Notes: generated by a model not told the origin, from the letters alone. DNA of 63,432 nt, filler included, from Octopus bimaculoides (GCF_001194135.2; 6 parts of 6 records of this genome joined end to end with filler, not necessarily neighbours in it), one strand, 5' to 3'. Positions 36,613-49,044 are shown, counted from the first letter of the whole stretch. A program made the numbers and translations.

Positions 36613-37467
36613 AAGAGTGCGATGGGCAAATTTTCACCATTTCATATATTTAATTTCACGCATGCGCTTTCTTTGTTTTTGATTGTGTCGACTACACAGT
36701 AAAGTAGGGTCAGTTGGGCACCGTTTGCGCGAAAAACAGCACTATGAAGCAATTCACTCTGCCAGAAATTTAGAAATGACATGCTGTACTGATTGGTAAC
36801 TCCAATAGGAACATTTAAGAGTGTTTGGGTGTCAATCTGAGGACATGTACCGAGAATGATACAAATCAAACATCCAGTCAACATCATTGTGTTTCGAGCG
36901 ATCATTAGTGATGGCGACGTTATGCTTCCATTCATCTTCCCACACGGCCTCACGTTGAACACGGAGGCCTACATCATGTGCCTGGTGGAGGTAGTGTTCC
37001 ATGGTTAAGAGGGTGGCTGTTGAAAGACCCTATGTCTGGCAATATGACACTGCACCATGTCACTCAAGCAGGAGAACCCAGTCGTGGCTGTCAGACAATT
37101 TCTGTAACCACATCACCCCTAACATCTGGTCACCTAACTCCCCAGATTGCAACTCCCTTGTTTATTATGTGTAGGTGTAGTTAAGCGAGAGACCACCAAA
37201 ACTTGTGACACCAAAGATGAACTGAAGGCAAAGATTATGGCAGCATTCACCAGCTTATAAAGGGGGACGGTCCAGAAGAGTTACAGGAGATTCCGATGTT
37301 GTCTAGAGGCTGTGGTTGAAGCCAATGGCGATTTTGTTAAATAAATTCACTCTTTCGTATTTCAAGATATTTTTATGTAATTTTGGTAAATATATCTGTT
37401 AAAAAAAGATGTCAGCGTAATTTTCCTTTTTGCGTAATTTAGACGACAGTTAATTCAACGCACTCTG
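36613..37467 (+). mobile_element. Tc1/mariner maT (DD37D) deletion derivative
   Basis: TA-flanked imperfect TIRs (AAGAGTGCG..CGCACTCTG); remnants KHPVNIIVF..SDGDVMLPFIFPHGLTLNTEAY, YVWQYDTAPCH, NHITPNIWSPNSPDCN; most of the N-terminal region and the first Asp are deleted. Confidence 0.88.
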
Positions 37468-37519
37468 TATATGAGTGTACGCATGTATGTGTGTGTGTGT
37501 GTGTGTTGAAGAGATGTGG

Positions 37520-37790
37520 CAAACTCAAGTATCATCGAAGTGACTCCCCCAACATCGCATGGAGCATCCTTGGTAGGGCACCTCCTGAAACACCGAAATT
37601 TTGTAATTACAAACTCTGTCTCCTTGAGAAACTCTACATATTCTTATCGGTCAATAAGAAACGCGACCTATCCCACTGGTGTCATCAGAGATACGCCTTG
37701 TTAATGAACTTCAAGCCACTAGCCTCTGATAGACCAGTAATACCATTCAAGATCTAACTGGCTCACACAATTTCAGGGTATATCATGAAT
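37520..37790 (+). pseudogene. Penelope-like element GIY-YIG C-terminal fragment
   Basis: IAWSILGRAPP...CNYKLCLLEKLYIF..NKKRDLSHWCHQRYALLMNFK resembles the WxIL..A.PY...C.LCL.EK..I..LNKR.E...CRH..K.LL end of PLE endonucleases. Confidence 0.55.
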
Positions 37791-39005
37791 GCTGCCTGTA
37801 CAAGGATTACAGTCTTCAATCAGCCGGTAGTCATATTTGCCACACAAACTCATATGTAACCTGACACCACGAAATCGGTTGCCTTTTCACGTGATAATTG
37901 TTGTCGCTGAAATATTTCACACTTCAGAAATCCGAATAAATAATGGTTACATCGTAACTAAAAGTTTCATATACGTAAAAAATATGTCTGATCGTTCTAA
38001 TGTGATAATATTGAATGGTGAGTTGTTCACGACTTCTGCATAGCTAAAATTGCAAATAAATTGACAATTGCGGCAAAATTTATGGCATAGCATTAATATT
38101 TGATTGATTAAACATGACATCAGAAAACTCTGTTGTTGTGACCACTACGAAAACTGACTTTACATGCTGAGAGATACAGCAAATGCTTTTAGATATGTGC
38201 AGTTTCTTGTAGTGTGGATGAGCGCATTGTCGAGTATGTTCAGCGTTATACAGAGCAAATCATTTCCATCATCGAAAATACTTCGTATTAGACGAGACTG
38301 GGAGTTGAGGACCTGGCCGAAAGATGTGCTATACTTTAAGTTAATTCTCATGCAATGCAAATGAGGTCATGGGTCAAATACTGGATATGTGTCTGCTTTT
38401 TTTCTATTGCAGTCTGTGGTGTTGGAAATGATGTTATCACCTGCAATCATTGTCTCGAAATGAAACTGCATGTATTGCTTCCAGCTCGCTATATCTCTCA
38501 TGAAAAATTGAAACTGTCATACTGTTGCCGTAGTTCCCTGTTAGCTAATTCTAAGTCATTGGTTATTTATATTAGTCACAAATAACAGAGAGGATGTAGT
38601 AAAATATATGATTTATGGATATTTAAATTTTATTGGAAATTCTCACGAAAACAAAAGGACTTCAAATAACTATTCTATCAATGATATTCCAAGAAACAAT
38701 CCCTCCAGTAGATGCTACATCTCAAATTACCTGTCTGCCATACAAGTACAATTTTCTCATAAGAACGGATCTCACAGCTATCCATAGATAATCACGTATC
38801 TTTCTACTCAATATTGTCTCATCCAAACTATAGCAGGCGTTTTACGTCAACGAAACATTTACGAATACAGATTTGAGCCTTAATTTTTTTTCACATGCTA
38901 TTCTACTTACTAAGAATCAAATTCTCTTCTCCCGCTCTTTCTCTCTGTATGCATATACATATACTTGTATATACTGTGTATGTATGTATGTATATATAGT
39001 TGTGT

Positions 39006-39339
39006 GCGTGGCACTTTGGGCAAGTGTCTTCTACTATAGCCTCGGGCCGACCAAAGCCTTGTGAGTAGATTTGGTAGACGGAAACTGAAAGAAGCCCGTC
39101 GTATATATATATTTTTATGTATGCATGTGTATATGTTTGTGTGTCTGTGTTTGTCCCCCAACATCGCTTGACAACCGATGCTGGTGTGTTTACGTCCCCG
39201 TAACTTAGCGGCTCGGCAAAAGAGACCTATAGAATAAGTACTAGGCTTACAAAGAATAAGTCCTAGGTTCGATTTGCTCGACTAAAGGCGGTGCTTCAGC
39301 AGTCAAATGACTGAAACAAGTAAAAGAGTAAAAGAGTAC
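39006..39339 (+). mobile_element. 5'-truncated CORE-like SINE, (GTAAAAGA)n tail
   Basis: Near-identical to 47815-48215 from GCGTGGCAC onward. Confidence 0.9.
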
Positions 39340-39807
39340 ATATGGGACCACATCAGTTTGGATGATGAGTTTTCCAGTTCTACTACCTGTGTACGTGTGG
39401 CCTGAGGATTCCACACAACCACTTGTATTTAGTGTTACTTTCGAAGTGGAGGAAGACATACAGTATAACAGGGAGAGAGAGAGAGAGAGAGAGAGAGACA
39501 AAGCTTGTATGTTGAGTTATGTGGTTGGAGCGTACTATATGTAAGTGTGTGTAAGTGTAATACGTTTTAACTTGTTTATGGAGAATACATTTCCTTTTTC
39601 TGCAAGATACATGTAATCCTCTTGTTCTGATAAGTGTCATTTATAATTTTGTTTGTTTAAGGATTTGTAAAATACACGCATCCGTGTATACGTGTGTGCG
39701 CGTGTTCCTGTGAATGTGTTTTAATATGATGGGAGTGAGGTGAAAAGCGTATACAAATACACACACGTAGTACATATATATATATATATGTATAATAGAT
39801 AGATACA

Positions 39808-40117
39808 TTTCTTTTATTAGCCACACAGGGCTCAACGAAGATGGGACAAATACAAGGTAGAGCTTTTTTGGGGGGGAGGGGAAAAAAAAAAAAAATGGTG
39901 GTGTCGATCAAAAGGGATCGTAGGAAGGGAAAAAGGGAGAGTTCGATCAAAAGGGATCGAAAAAAAAAGAAAAGGAAAGGCCGATCAATAGGGATCGTGT
40001 ATCACACAGTAATGTTCTCGTGTAAAAAGAGGGGAGGACAGTTTAGGTTTAGCCGTGGAAGGAAAAGCCTACGGAAAAGACCACGGTAACCTTGGTCAAT
40101 ATTCTCATTGAAGAAAC
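39808..40117 (-). mobile_element. Probable LINE 3' UTR repeat with three CGATC-N6-GATCG hairpins
   Basis: Minus strand ends GAGCCCTGTGTGGCTAATAAAAGAAA (poly(A)-signal-like); the same terminus occurs at about 32023-32050 (+) and 56455-56500 (-). Clade not determined. Confidence 0.5.
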
Positions 40118-40235
40118 NNNNNNNNNNNNNNNNNNNNNNNNNNNNNNNNNNNNNNNNNNNNTTAATTAATTAANNNNNNNNNNNNNNNNNNNNNNNNNNN
40201 NNNNNNNNNNNNNNNNNTATATATATATTAATTGA

Positions 40236-40570
40236 AGGTGCCTGGTTCAATGGTTTGAGCGTCAGGCTTCTGATCATGAGGTTGTGAGTTCGATTCCTGG
40301 ACTGGGCTGCATGTTGTGTTCTTAAGCAAGACACTTTATTTCACATAGCTCCAATTCACTCAGCTGTAGAAATGAGTTGCGACGTCACTGGTGCCAAGCT
40401 GTATCAGCCTTTGCCTTTCCCTTCAATAACATTGGTAGCGTGAAAAGAAGGGGCTGGTATGCATGGCCGACTACTGTTCTTCCATAAACAACCTTCTCTG
40501 GACTTGTGCCTCAGAGAGTAACTTTCTAGGGGCAATCCCATGGTCATTCACGACCGAAGGGGGTCAACCA
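40236..40570 (+). mobile_element. tRNA-headed SINE with CORE/V/Meta-like central block
   Basis: TGGTTCAATGG A box, GAGTTCGATTCC B box, TGTGTTCTTAAGCAAGACACTTTA..CCAATTCACTCAGCTGTAGAAATGAGT. Confidence 0.8.
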
Positions 40571-40899
40571 TATATAATTTTATTAAAAAGATAGATTATC
40601 CATTGATTATATTGCAACTAAAAGTTTCACCAAACATTGGTTCTTAGGGTAATGCTAATAAACCACATTAATGCTGTGAATGTTGAGATAGCACTGATGA
40701 AATGTTCAAGAAATGTTTGAAATGACTTCAGCACATCGATGATTATCTTCTACATAAAAATATATATTGATATTTTGAATCTAACCAACCAACCAATCAC
40801 ATTCATATGCTTTCTTTTCTCTTGTCCTGCGTGTTTGAACATGTGATGCCTTGCTAATTTATGCAAGTATTTACAGTGATGGAATAAAAAAAAACATAG

Positions 40900-41056
40900 G
40901 TGCAGGAGTGGCTGTGTGGTAAGTAGCTTGCTTACCAACCACACGGTTCCAGGTTCAGTCCCACTGTGCAGCACCTTAGGCAAGTGTCTTCTACTATAGC
41001 CTCAGGCCGACCAAAGCCTTGTGAGTGGATTTGGTAGACCGAAACTGAAAGAAGCC

Positions 41057-41101
<45 letters not shown>

Positions 41102-41225
41102 CATATATATATGTATTTGTGTGTATATGTTTATGTGTCTGCGTTTGTCCCCCTCCCCCAACATTGCTTGACAACCAATGCTGGTGTGTTTACATCCCTG
41201 TAAATTAGCGGTTCAGCAAAAGAGA
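40900..41225 (+). mobile_element. CORE-like SINE with internal (TA)n
   Basis: Same head and body as 30821 and 47815. Confidence 0.9.
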
Positions 41226-41744
41226 ATGATATATTAAACATTGTAAGTTAATTCAAGGGATGGCAGTGATTGTTGGTATTATATGCACTCGTTTCTGTTT
41301 AAATATTTATTCGATGAAATAGAGTTGTCTATCCTTCATATTGCAGTGAATTACTTAGATGACCTGCAGAACTAAAAATTCTATTGAAGTGGAGATGATG
41401 GAAGTGGGACAATAGCTGAAAGTGATGGTCATTCTATGAAAACTACAATATTTTTGGCATGTTATCAGGGGTCACACCCTTTGCACTCACATCTCTGAAA
41501 TGATCAATTAAATATTGAGAAGCATTGATGTAGGTTAAACTAGGGAAAGAATGAAGTGATAAAAACCACCAAATATAAATAAATCTAAAACTGGAGAAAA
41601 GGCAGGGTGATTGCTGTGCTGATGATGGCTATGGGGCCAGAGGCACATGTCCATGAGTGTTCTTTTATCTCCGGATAATAAGCCTGTCATTTTCCTTGAA
41701 GGTAAGTCAAGGATAAATTTGTTTTATTATTTCTTCTTTTCACA

Positions 41745-42230
41745 AATCAAAATCGCTGACGTGGCCGATGACAGTACTGCCTGATCAGTACTCGTGCCAG
41801 TGGAATGTTAAAAGCACATCTGAGCGTGATCATTGCCAGGGCCATGGATTGACTCCTGTGCTTGGTGGCATGTGGAAAGCACCATTCGAGCATGGTTGTT
41901 GCCAGTGCCACTGGANNNNNNNNNNGTGGAAAGCACCATTCGAGCATGGTTGTTGCCAGTGCCACTGGACTGGCTCCTGTGCAGGTAGCATGTAAAAAAC
42001 ACCTTTTGAACATGGTCGTTGCCAGAACCGCCTGACTGGCCCTCATGCCGATGGCACATAAAAGCACCGACTACACTCTCGGAGTGGTTGGCATGAGGAA
42101 GGGCATCCAGCTGTAGAAACTCTGCCAGATTAGATCGGAGCCTGGTGCAGCCTCTGCCTCACCAGTCCTCAGTCAAACCATCCAACCCATGCTAGCATGG
42201 AAATCGGAGGTTAAACAACGATGATGATGG

Positions 42231-42314
<84 letters not shown>
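41745..42314 (+). mobile_element. RTE 3' UTR copy without ORF, with expanded (GAT)n tail
   Basis: Hairpin units, GGGCATCCAGCTGTAGAAACTCTGCC, CAACCCATGCTAGCATGG, then about 95 bp of (GAT/GGT)n. Confidence 0.88.
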
Positions 42315-42932
42315 GGAACTGGAACTGGTCTTAATTACGATTTTAAAATTATGCTACATCCAATGGAGGCTGAGGTAGTTTTAATAAATCAAGAATTTAT
42401 GTTGTATGCTATTTGATATACGTGTATTTGTCAATAAATGTATGGAGTTGGTTAGGGTCTCTTTGGAAGGGACAATGATATCTTAAATCACAGACAGTAA
42501 ATAAAAGGAACCAACAGGAACTTTAGTTTAAAACAAAGACTTTGCTCCATTTCAATCATTTCTGTGAGAAATTCTTTTAATATTTGACCATTAACAGTTA
42601 TAGCCAACCATTAGAAAAGAAGTATGGAGACATTATTAACTTTCAGAAAATTTCAAAATATCTGTAACTTTTCCAATAACTGTGAAGTTTACTCTTCATC
42701 AATTCAAAATGTAGTTTTCCTAAGACATTTACAATCTTGCACAGCTAAATTCTTCACACCCAGACAAGAAACACAGAAATTATTTTGCATCATAAATATC
42801 CAATCCTACTTTTATTATTTTCACAATTCTACCATTGATCTTAAAGTTTCTTCCTTTCAAAAACTATTGTCACCTTCAATGAAACATTCTCTAGTTGTTT
42901 ATTCCACCAATAATATTTACCACATTTTACAG

Positions 42933-42968
42933 AAATGGTGTCAGCAAAAATAAAGAACCAATCGGAAA
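42933..42968 (+). other. Candidate micro-exon (36 nt)
   Basis: ATTTACCACATTTTACAG acceptor and AAA|GTGAGT donor; two open frames (NGVSKNKEPIG or MVSAKIKNQSE). Confidence 0.35.
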
Positions 42969-43004
42969 GTGAGTACAATGATTGGTTTGACTATATTCTT
43001 CAAA

Positions 43005-43375
43005 GGTATAGGCATGGTTGTGTGGTTAAGAAGCTTGCCTTGCAATCATGTGGTTTCGGGTTCAATTCCAATGTGTGGTACTTTGGTTAAATGTCTTCTA
43101 CAATAACCCTGGGCAGCCTAATGTCTTCTGAGTGGAATTGGTGGATAGGGATTGTGGGAAAACCTATCATATAGACATGTGTGTGTGTGTGTGTGTGTGT
43201 TTAGGGGGGTTGTTTGTGTCAGTGTTTGCCGCTGACTGATTGATTGTTGATTGATTGATAAATAGAGAGAAAGAAAGAGACAGATGACAAACTTCTTCCA
43301 GCTACTGTCCACCAAATCCACTCATGAGGCTTTGGGTGACCCAAGTATAAGGTGGAAGATACTTGCAAAACTTTC
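43005..43375. mobile_element. Two degenerate CORE-like SINE pieces in opposite orientation
   Basis: Plus-strand head at about 43005-43220; minus-strand body CCACCAAATCCACTCATGAGGCTTTGG at about 43290-43375. Confidence 0.6.
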
Positions 43376-44185
43376 TTGTCTTTCATTCTTATGAAATATA
43401 TATTTATAGTATATAAAAGATTCTTCTTTTCAAAACGATTTCAGTCCAAAGATTCCTTCTCTTATAAACTCCCAAAAGTTATGAATTCAACTCTTTTGTT
43501 GTGTGTAGCTTAGTTATAACAACGGTTGGTTGGTTGGTTTGTTATCAATTGAAACATCCAACATTTATCTTCAGTTTCAAAAGAGTTACATAAAAAAAAA
43601 AGACAACTGTGTTCTCCACCAAACAGTCTTTAGCCTATTTCAGATTAATTTTCTATAGAAATATGAAATCAAATAGCAAATATCAAATATCAAGGCTTTG
43701 AGCTTGTATACCAGTCAGTGTATTATATTTTTATGTAGCACTAACATCATCTTCCAGCTCAGCAATTCTTGGAGGAAATAAATCAAAAACATTAAAACTA
43801 TTACAAAAGTATTGAATGAAATCTGTACATTTTAAATATAAGAATTATACTAAAAGTATCAAAATATAAAATTTTCATCTACAGGAATATTTGATATGAT
43901 AACTACTTCAAAAAGGAATGTTTAAGTGATGAAACCATGTGATCTGTAATATGGATTACCAATGAATATCTTCCATATAATATTACTATCAGAGTTGCTT
44001 TCGTTTTGTGTTGTTTTGTTGATCTTATTTATTTATTTTTTTTTTTTAAACTTTTTATTCACTCTTACCATTTAGACAGAAACTTCCGAACCATTATTTT
44101 GTTTTATGAATAATTTGTTAGAAAGAAGCAATTATTCCGGATCATAGGACAACTGTAAATATCTGATCTGTTCTTTTTTGTTTAG

Positions 44186-44201
44186 AATTGGTACTAAATT
44201 G
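44186..44201 (+). other. Candidate micro-exon (16 nt)
   Basis: CTGATCTGTTCTTTTTTGTTTAG acceptor and TTG|GTGAGA donor; frame-compatible with the 42933 exon. Confidence 0.25.
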
Positions 44202-44825
44202 GTGAGAAAGATACTCCAGGAAAACACTATTCAATCACATGAGAGATTCTAGTGAGATAAGATAGAATATTTTATTGCATTATGCCTTATAGAATATGAA
44301 GGAAATTGCTAAAATATTACTCCTGATGGAAATTAATATAATCATACCATACGAAAAATGAAAAGATCCAATTTGGTAAATTATAAAATCGCTAAATGTC
44401 ACTGCAAATTCCCTATGATTAGTCTCACTAGACTATATTTGGACATTAGAGCAGTTTCTGTACATATCTGCTATTTGTATAAACAAATTGGCTCAAATAG
44501 AAAAATGGACATTGCAAATGGGAATTGAACTGGATTGATCAATTCTTAATGAAATACCTTTACATGTTATTTATGGCAATAATCAGGCTTAATCATAGTT
44601 TGGTAAAGCAATGGCTGTCATGTCTGTTTTCTTATTTAAGCTGTATTTTATACAGTTTTTCGTTTGTGAAAATTTATTCATGTAAAACAGGCATGAATAT
44701 TAGTAGAAAATAGGTAATTTCTAATCTAATAAAATCATATTGAAATATGTAAATGCTTGGGCAGGAGAGGGCAAAGATAAGCAACAACAATGTATATTAT
44801 ACATACATATATAGATATATATGTT

Positions 44826-44866
<41 letters not shown>

Positions 44867-45129
44867 CCATAAATATACAACACATATACATTAGACAACA
44901 CATATATATATATAAATATATATGGCAACTGAAAGATGGAGGATGGAATATAAGCTATCAGGTGTAAACCATTCGTTTTATTATCAATTATATAAATATA
45001 AATATATACATATATATCATCAATAATTAATAATATCAAGGGCAATAAGAAATATTAGAAATTTCTACTACCAGTGGCCTAGCATGTAAAAAAATTCAGT
45101 CAATAGACTATATACTATTCATATAAATA

Positions 45130-45346
45130 CAGTGTACATTTAAACACATAAGAAGTATCCATCATAGGATTTCTAGCACGCTAGAAAGAACAGCTAAATT
45201 CCAAACCACTATTAGGGATAAAACTTTATTTTATTTTTCATTCCCTTCGAAGTTTTAGCCCTAATAGTGGTTTGGGATTTAGCTATTCTTTCTAGCGTGC
45301 AAGGAATGCTATGAGGGATACCTCTTACGTGTTTAAATGTACACCG
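45130..45346. mobile_element. Tc1/mariner-type MITE, almost entirely palindromic
   Basis: TA|CAGTGTAC..GTACACCG|TA; about 97-bp arms with about 10 mismatches and a 23-nt loop. Confidence 0.88.
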
Positions 45347-45514
45347 TATTTATATATATATNNNNNNNNNNNNNNNNNNNNNNNNNNNNNNNNNNNNNNN
45401 NNNNNNNNNNNNNNNNNNNNNNNNNNNNNNNNNNNNNNNNNNNNNNNNNNNNNNNNNNNNNNNNNNNNNNNNTATACATACATAAACACACATGCATATA
45501 TTCATATGCACACA

Positions 45515-46000
45515 TGGCACCTGTACCAGTGGAGCACTGAGAGCACCGTCTGAAGGTGATCATTGCCAGAACAGCTGACTGGCTTCCATGCCAGTGGCAC
45601 GTAAATAGCACCATTGGAGTGTGATCGTTACCAGCATCGCCTTACTGGCACGTGAAGAAACATTCAAGTGAGCTCATTGCCAGTGCCACTGGACTGGCTC
45701 CTGTGCAGGTGGCACGTAAAAAATACCATTTTGAGCGTGGCCGTTGTCAGTACCGCCTGACTGGCCCTTGTGCCGGTGGCATGTAAACGCACCCACTTCA
45801 CTCTCAGAGTGGTTGGCGTTAAGAAGGGCATCCAGCTGTAGAAACTCTGCCAAATCAGATTGGAGCCTGGTGTAGCCATCTGGTTTCACCAGTCCNNNNN
45901 NNNNNGCCTGGTGTAGCCATCTGGTTTCACCAGTCCTCAGTCAAATCGTCCAACCCATGCTAGCATGGAAAGCGGACGTTAAATGATGATGATGATGATA
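45515..46000 (+). mobile_element. RTE 3' UTR copy without ORF, (GAT)n tail
   Basis: Closely matches the reverse complement of 25107-25480. Confidence 0.9.
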
Positions 46001-46129
46001 TATTTATATAAATAATATACAAATATATGCATATATACACACATATATGTACATACTTACATATATGTATGTATATATACATGCATATATGGGTAGAGGA
46101 CATCAAAAAATCGTGAACAAAAAGAGAAA

Positions 46130-46400
46130 CAAGAACTTAAAAACAAAAACATAGAAAACGAACATTTTCGAACGACGAAAGAAACAAATAGCGAAACGAG
46201 ACAGGCAACATAAGGAACATTCCCTTCATCAGTTATACCCTGTTATATCTACTCCGCATTTCGAAGGTAGTAACAAGACACGACTTCATTAAAAAAATCC
46301 TTCCTGCAAAACAAATTAAATAAAATTTGGGATTTTTTGCAGAGGGTTAAAGTAATAACAAAAACAGGACAGTGAGAACAAAACAGTAAAGACAAATGGT
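46130..46400 (-). mobile_element. Penelope-terminus-like repeat (same family as the 27.5-kb hairpin)
   Basis: CCCTTCATCAG..TATCTACTCCGCATTTCG..AAAATTTGGGAT..AAAAACAGGACAGTG. Confidence 0.45.
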
Positions 46401-46431
46401 GAGGGCTGTTAAGCCAAGACGATGTGAAGTG

Positions 46432-46720
46432 GATTACTTATCCCAGCTATGGTCACCCAATGGTGTAAAATTATCAGCGGATCCTGAAGCAATCCAGTGA
46501 AGCTTCACAATGAAGATCGTCTCTTTGCAACAGCTCAGCTACTGGGAAAGGCTGAAACAGCAATGACTCTACTCACTGGAGTGAAGGCAGGAGAGGTATG
46601 CAGTAATATACATCTGGATGATCCTGGAAGGAATTGTGCAAAATTTTGGTATTGAAAGCTACAGCAATGCCAGAACGGGTCAACACTGTACAGTGCCAAA
46701 GATCCCAGCCATGTCATCGT
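46432..46720 (+). pseudogene. CR1 LINE ORF2 C-terminal fragment
   Basis: DYLSQLWSP..EAIQ*SFTMKI..QLSYWERLK..YSLE*RQERYAVIYIWMILEGIVQNFGIESYSNARTGQHCTVPKIP. Confidence 0.85.
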
Positions 46721-47329
46721 AAAGAAAAAAGAAAAATGATGATAGTAGGAGGTGTTCAGTCTATTTCTAATATGTACAGTGTTTTTTTTTTTTTATTGGG
46801 GTGGGGGTTCCATAAACTTGATGAACAATTCTGAAGAATTTTTGAATTATTTGGATCGATTTTGTGGTTGATGTCTTTTGCTTGGCAATTAATCATACCA
46901 AGTTTATCACTGAAGGCATTTTTCCAATCACACAATGAAACTTTTTTGTGAATTTGGTATGGAACAGTCAATAAAGGCTCATGAAATGTATGTACACTCC
47001 ATCATCTTCTGATGAATACCATAACCATTGGAGCTCAGCATCCCTTCTTTGTCAATATCTACATTGAATAATATTCTATGGAAATAGAAAGTTTGTTTTT
47101 TATTCGACAAATATTGTTCTGTCATTTTTACCATTTGCAATTATTTTAGCATAACAAATAAAGGAATTTGTTAAAGAATCGTCGGCATGTAGATTTAGTA
47201 AAAGATTCTGTTTTGTTTTCATTGAAATTGTTATCATTTGGGCTTAGAGATGAACATATTTTGCCATCAGATGACTGTCAGTATGATGTCTAAAATTGTT
47301 AGAGAAAGATTTTGAGAGTGTTGTCATCG

Positions 47330-47690
47330 ATAGAAACATTGTCAGGGTGATTGGCAGAGATTTGGAGAGACACAGAAAGACACAGAGATAGAGAGAATAT
47401 TCGTGAGTGAGACAAGCAAATCTAGAAAGAGATAGAGACAAAGAGAGTGACAGACAGACACACGGAGCAAGAGAGATAAATAACGAGTCTTCATCATAGA
47501 TTGAGAGAGAGAGAGAGGGGGGGAGTGAAAAAGATAAAGGAGAAGGAAGCAGGAGAGATAGACAGGGAGTGAGAGTAGCAGATTTAGCGAGACAGAAGCA
47601 GACAGAAAGAGAGTCAGAGAGAGAGAGGTAGAGAGACAGAATGAGAGAGAGGGGGGAGAGAGAAAGAGAGAGATGGGGAATCTTCATTAG
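47330..47690. repeat. Degenerate polypurine (AG/ACAG)n low-complexity tract
   Basis: Directly visible. Confidence 0.9.
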
Positions 47691-47814
47691 TAAGACATGC
47701 AGAAGAAACATTTAAAGACCACTTATAATGCTACAACAACCTCCTAATTCTAAATTCGGCAAGATTTGCCTTCAAATTCTCTCTGTCAAACATTTGTTTT
47801 TTTGAAAATTAAAT

Positions 47815-48620
47815 ATATAGGCGTAGGAGTGGCTGTGTGGTAAGTAGCTTGTTTACGAACCACGTGGTTCAGGGTTCAGTCCCACTGCGTGGCACCTTGC
47901 GCAAGTGTCTTGTACTATAGCCTCGGGCTGACCAAAGCCTTGTGAATGGATTTGGTAGACAGAAACTGAAAGAAGCCTGTCGTATATATGTATATATGTG
48001 TATGTGTGTGTATATATATGTTTGTGTGTCTGTGTTTGTCCCCCCAACATCGCTTGACAACCGATGCTTGTGTGGTTACGTCCCTGTAACTTAGCAGTTC
48101 GGCAAAAGAGGCCAATAGAATAAGTACTAGGCTTACAAAGAATAAGTCCTAGGGTCGATTTGCTCGACTAAAGGCGGTGCTCCAGTATGGCCACAGTCAA
48201 ATGACTGAAACAAGTAAAAAAAAATATAGGCACAGACATGGCTGTAGTAAGAAGTCTGCTTCACAACCACATGATTCCGGGTTCACTCCCACTGCGTAGC
48301 ACCTTGGGCAAGTGTTTACTACTATCGTCTCGGGATGACCGAAGCCTTGTGAGTGAGGTTGGTAGACGGAAACTGAAAGAAGCCCATTGTATATTTATGT
48401 GTGTGTGTGGGTGTGTGTTTGTCCACCACAACTGCTTGACAACCGTTGTTGGTGTGTTTACATCTCCGCACCTTAGTGTTTCAGCAAAAGAGACCAATAG
48501 AATAAGTACCAGACTGTAAAACAAAAACGTACTAGAGTTGCTTAGTTCGATGAAAATTCTTCGAGGTGGTGCCCCAGCATGGCCACAATCTAATGACTGA
48601 AACAAGTAAGAGATGAAAGA
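47815..48620 (+). mobile_element. Two full-length CORE-like SINEs head-to-tail (47815-48215, 48228-48620)
   Basis: Both have the head, CORE-like block, internal (TA/TG)n and ATGACTGAAACAAGTAA tail; the second is more diverged. Confidence 0.92.
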
Positions 48621-48734
48621 TATAATTTACCAGCGATGATCTGAGACTGCTCCTCGCATGTCACTCGCCGTGGAGAAATTATTTACTTGTCTTTTATTGG
48701 TATGTTTTAAGCATCTGTCAGATAATTTCAAGAG

Positions 48735-48955
48735 TTGGTAAGGTGGTAAGCTGGCAGAAACGTTAGCACACTGGAAAAATGCTTAGCGGTATTTCGTCTG
48801 TCTTTACATTGAGTTCAAACTCCGCCTAGGTCGACTTTGCATTTCATCCTTTCGGGGTCGATAAATTAAGTACTTGTTGCATACTAGGAGTCGATCTAAT
48901 TGGCTGGTCCCCTCTCCAAAAATTTCAGGACTTGTGCCTAGAGTAGAAAACAATT
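48735..48955 (+). mobile_element. Full-length Nin/Deu-like SINE
   Basis: GGTGGTAAGCTGGCAGAAACGTTAGC..GAGTTCAAACTCC..GGTCGACTTTGCATTTCATCCTTTCGGGGTCGATAAATTAAGTAC. Confidence 0.88.
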
Positions 48956-49044
48956 TTAAGAGTTGGTGACTAATTGCAGTAATGTATTTCGAACATATTT
49001 TGATATTATGGCTTTTATATCTCATAATTATTTACTATAGTGTA

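Noticed and set aside
41870-41975. Direct duplication flanking a 10-N gap (similarly 45866-45936)
   Set aside because: Typical unmerged contig overlap (negative gap).
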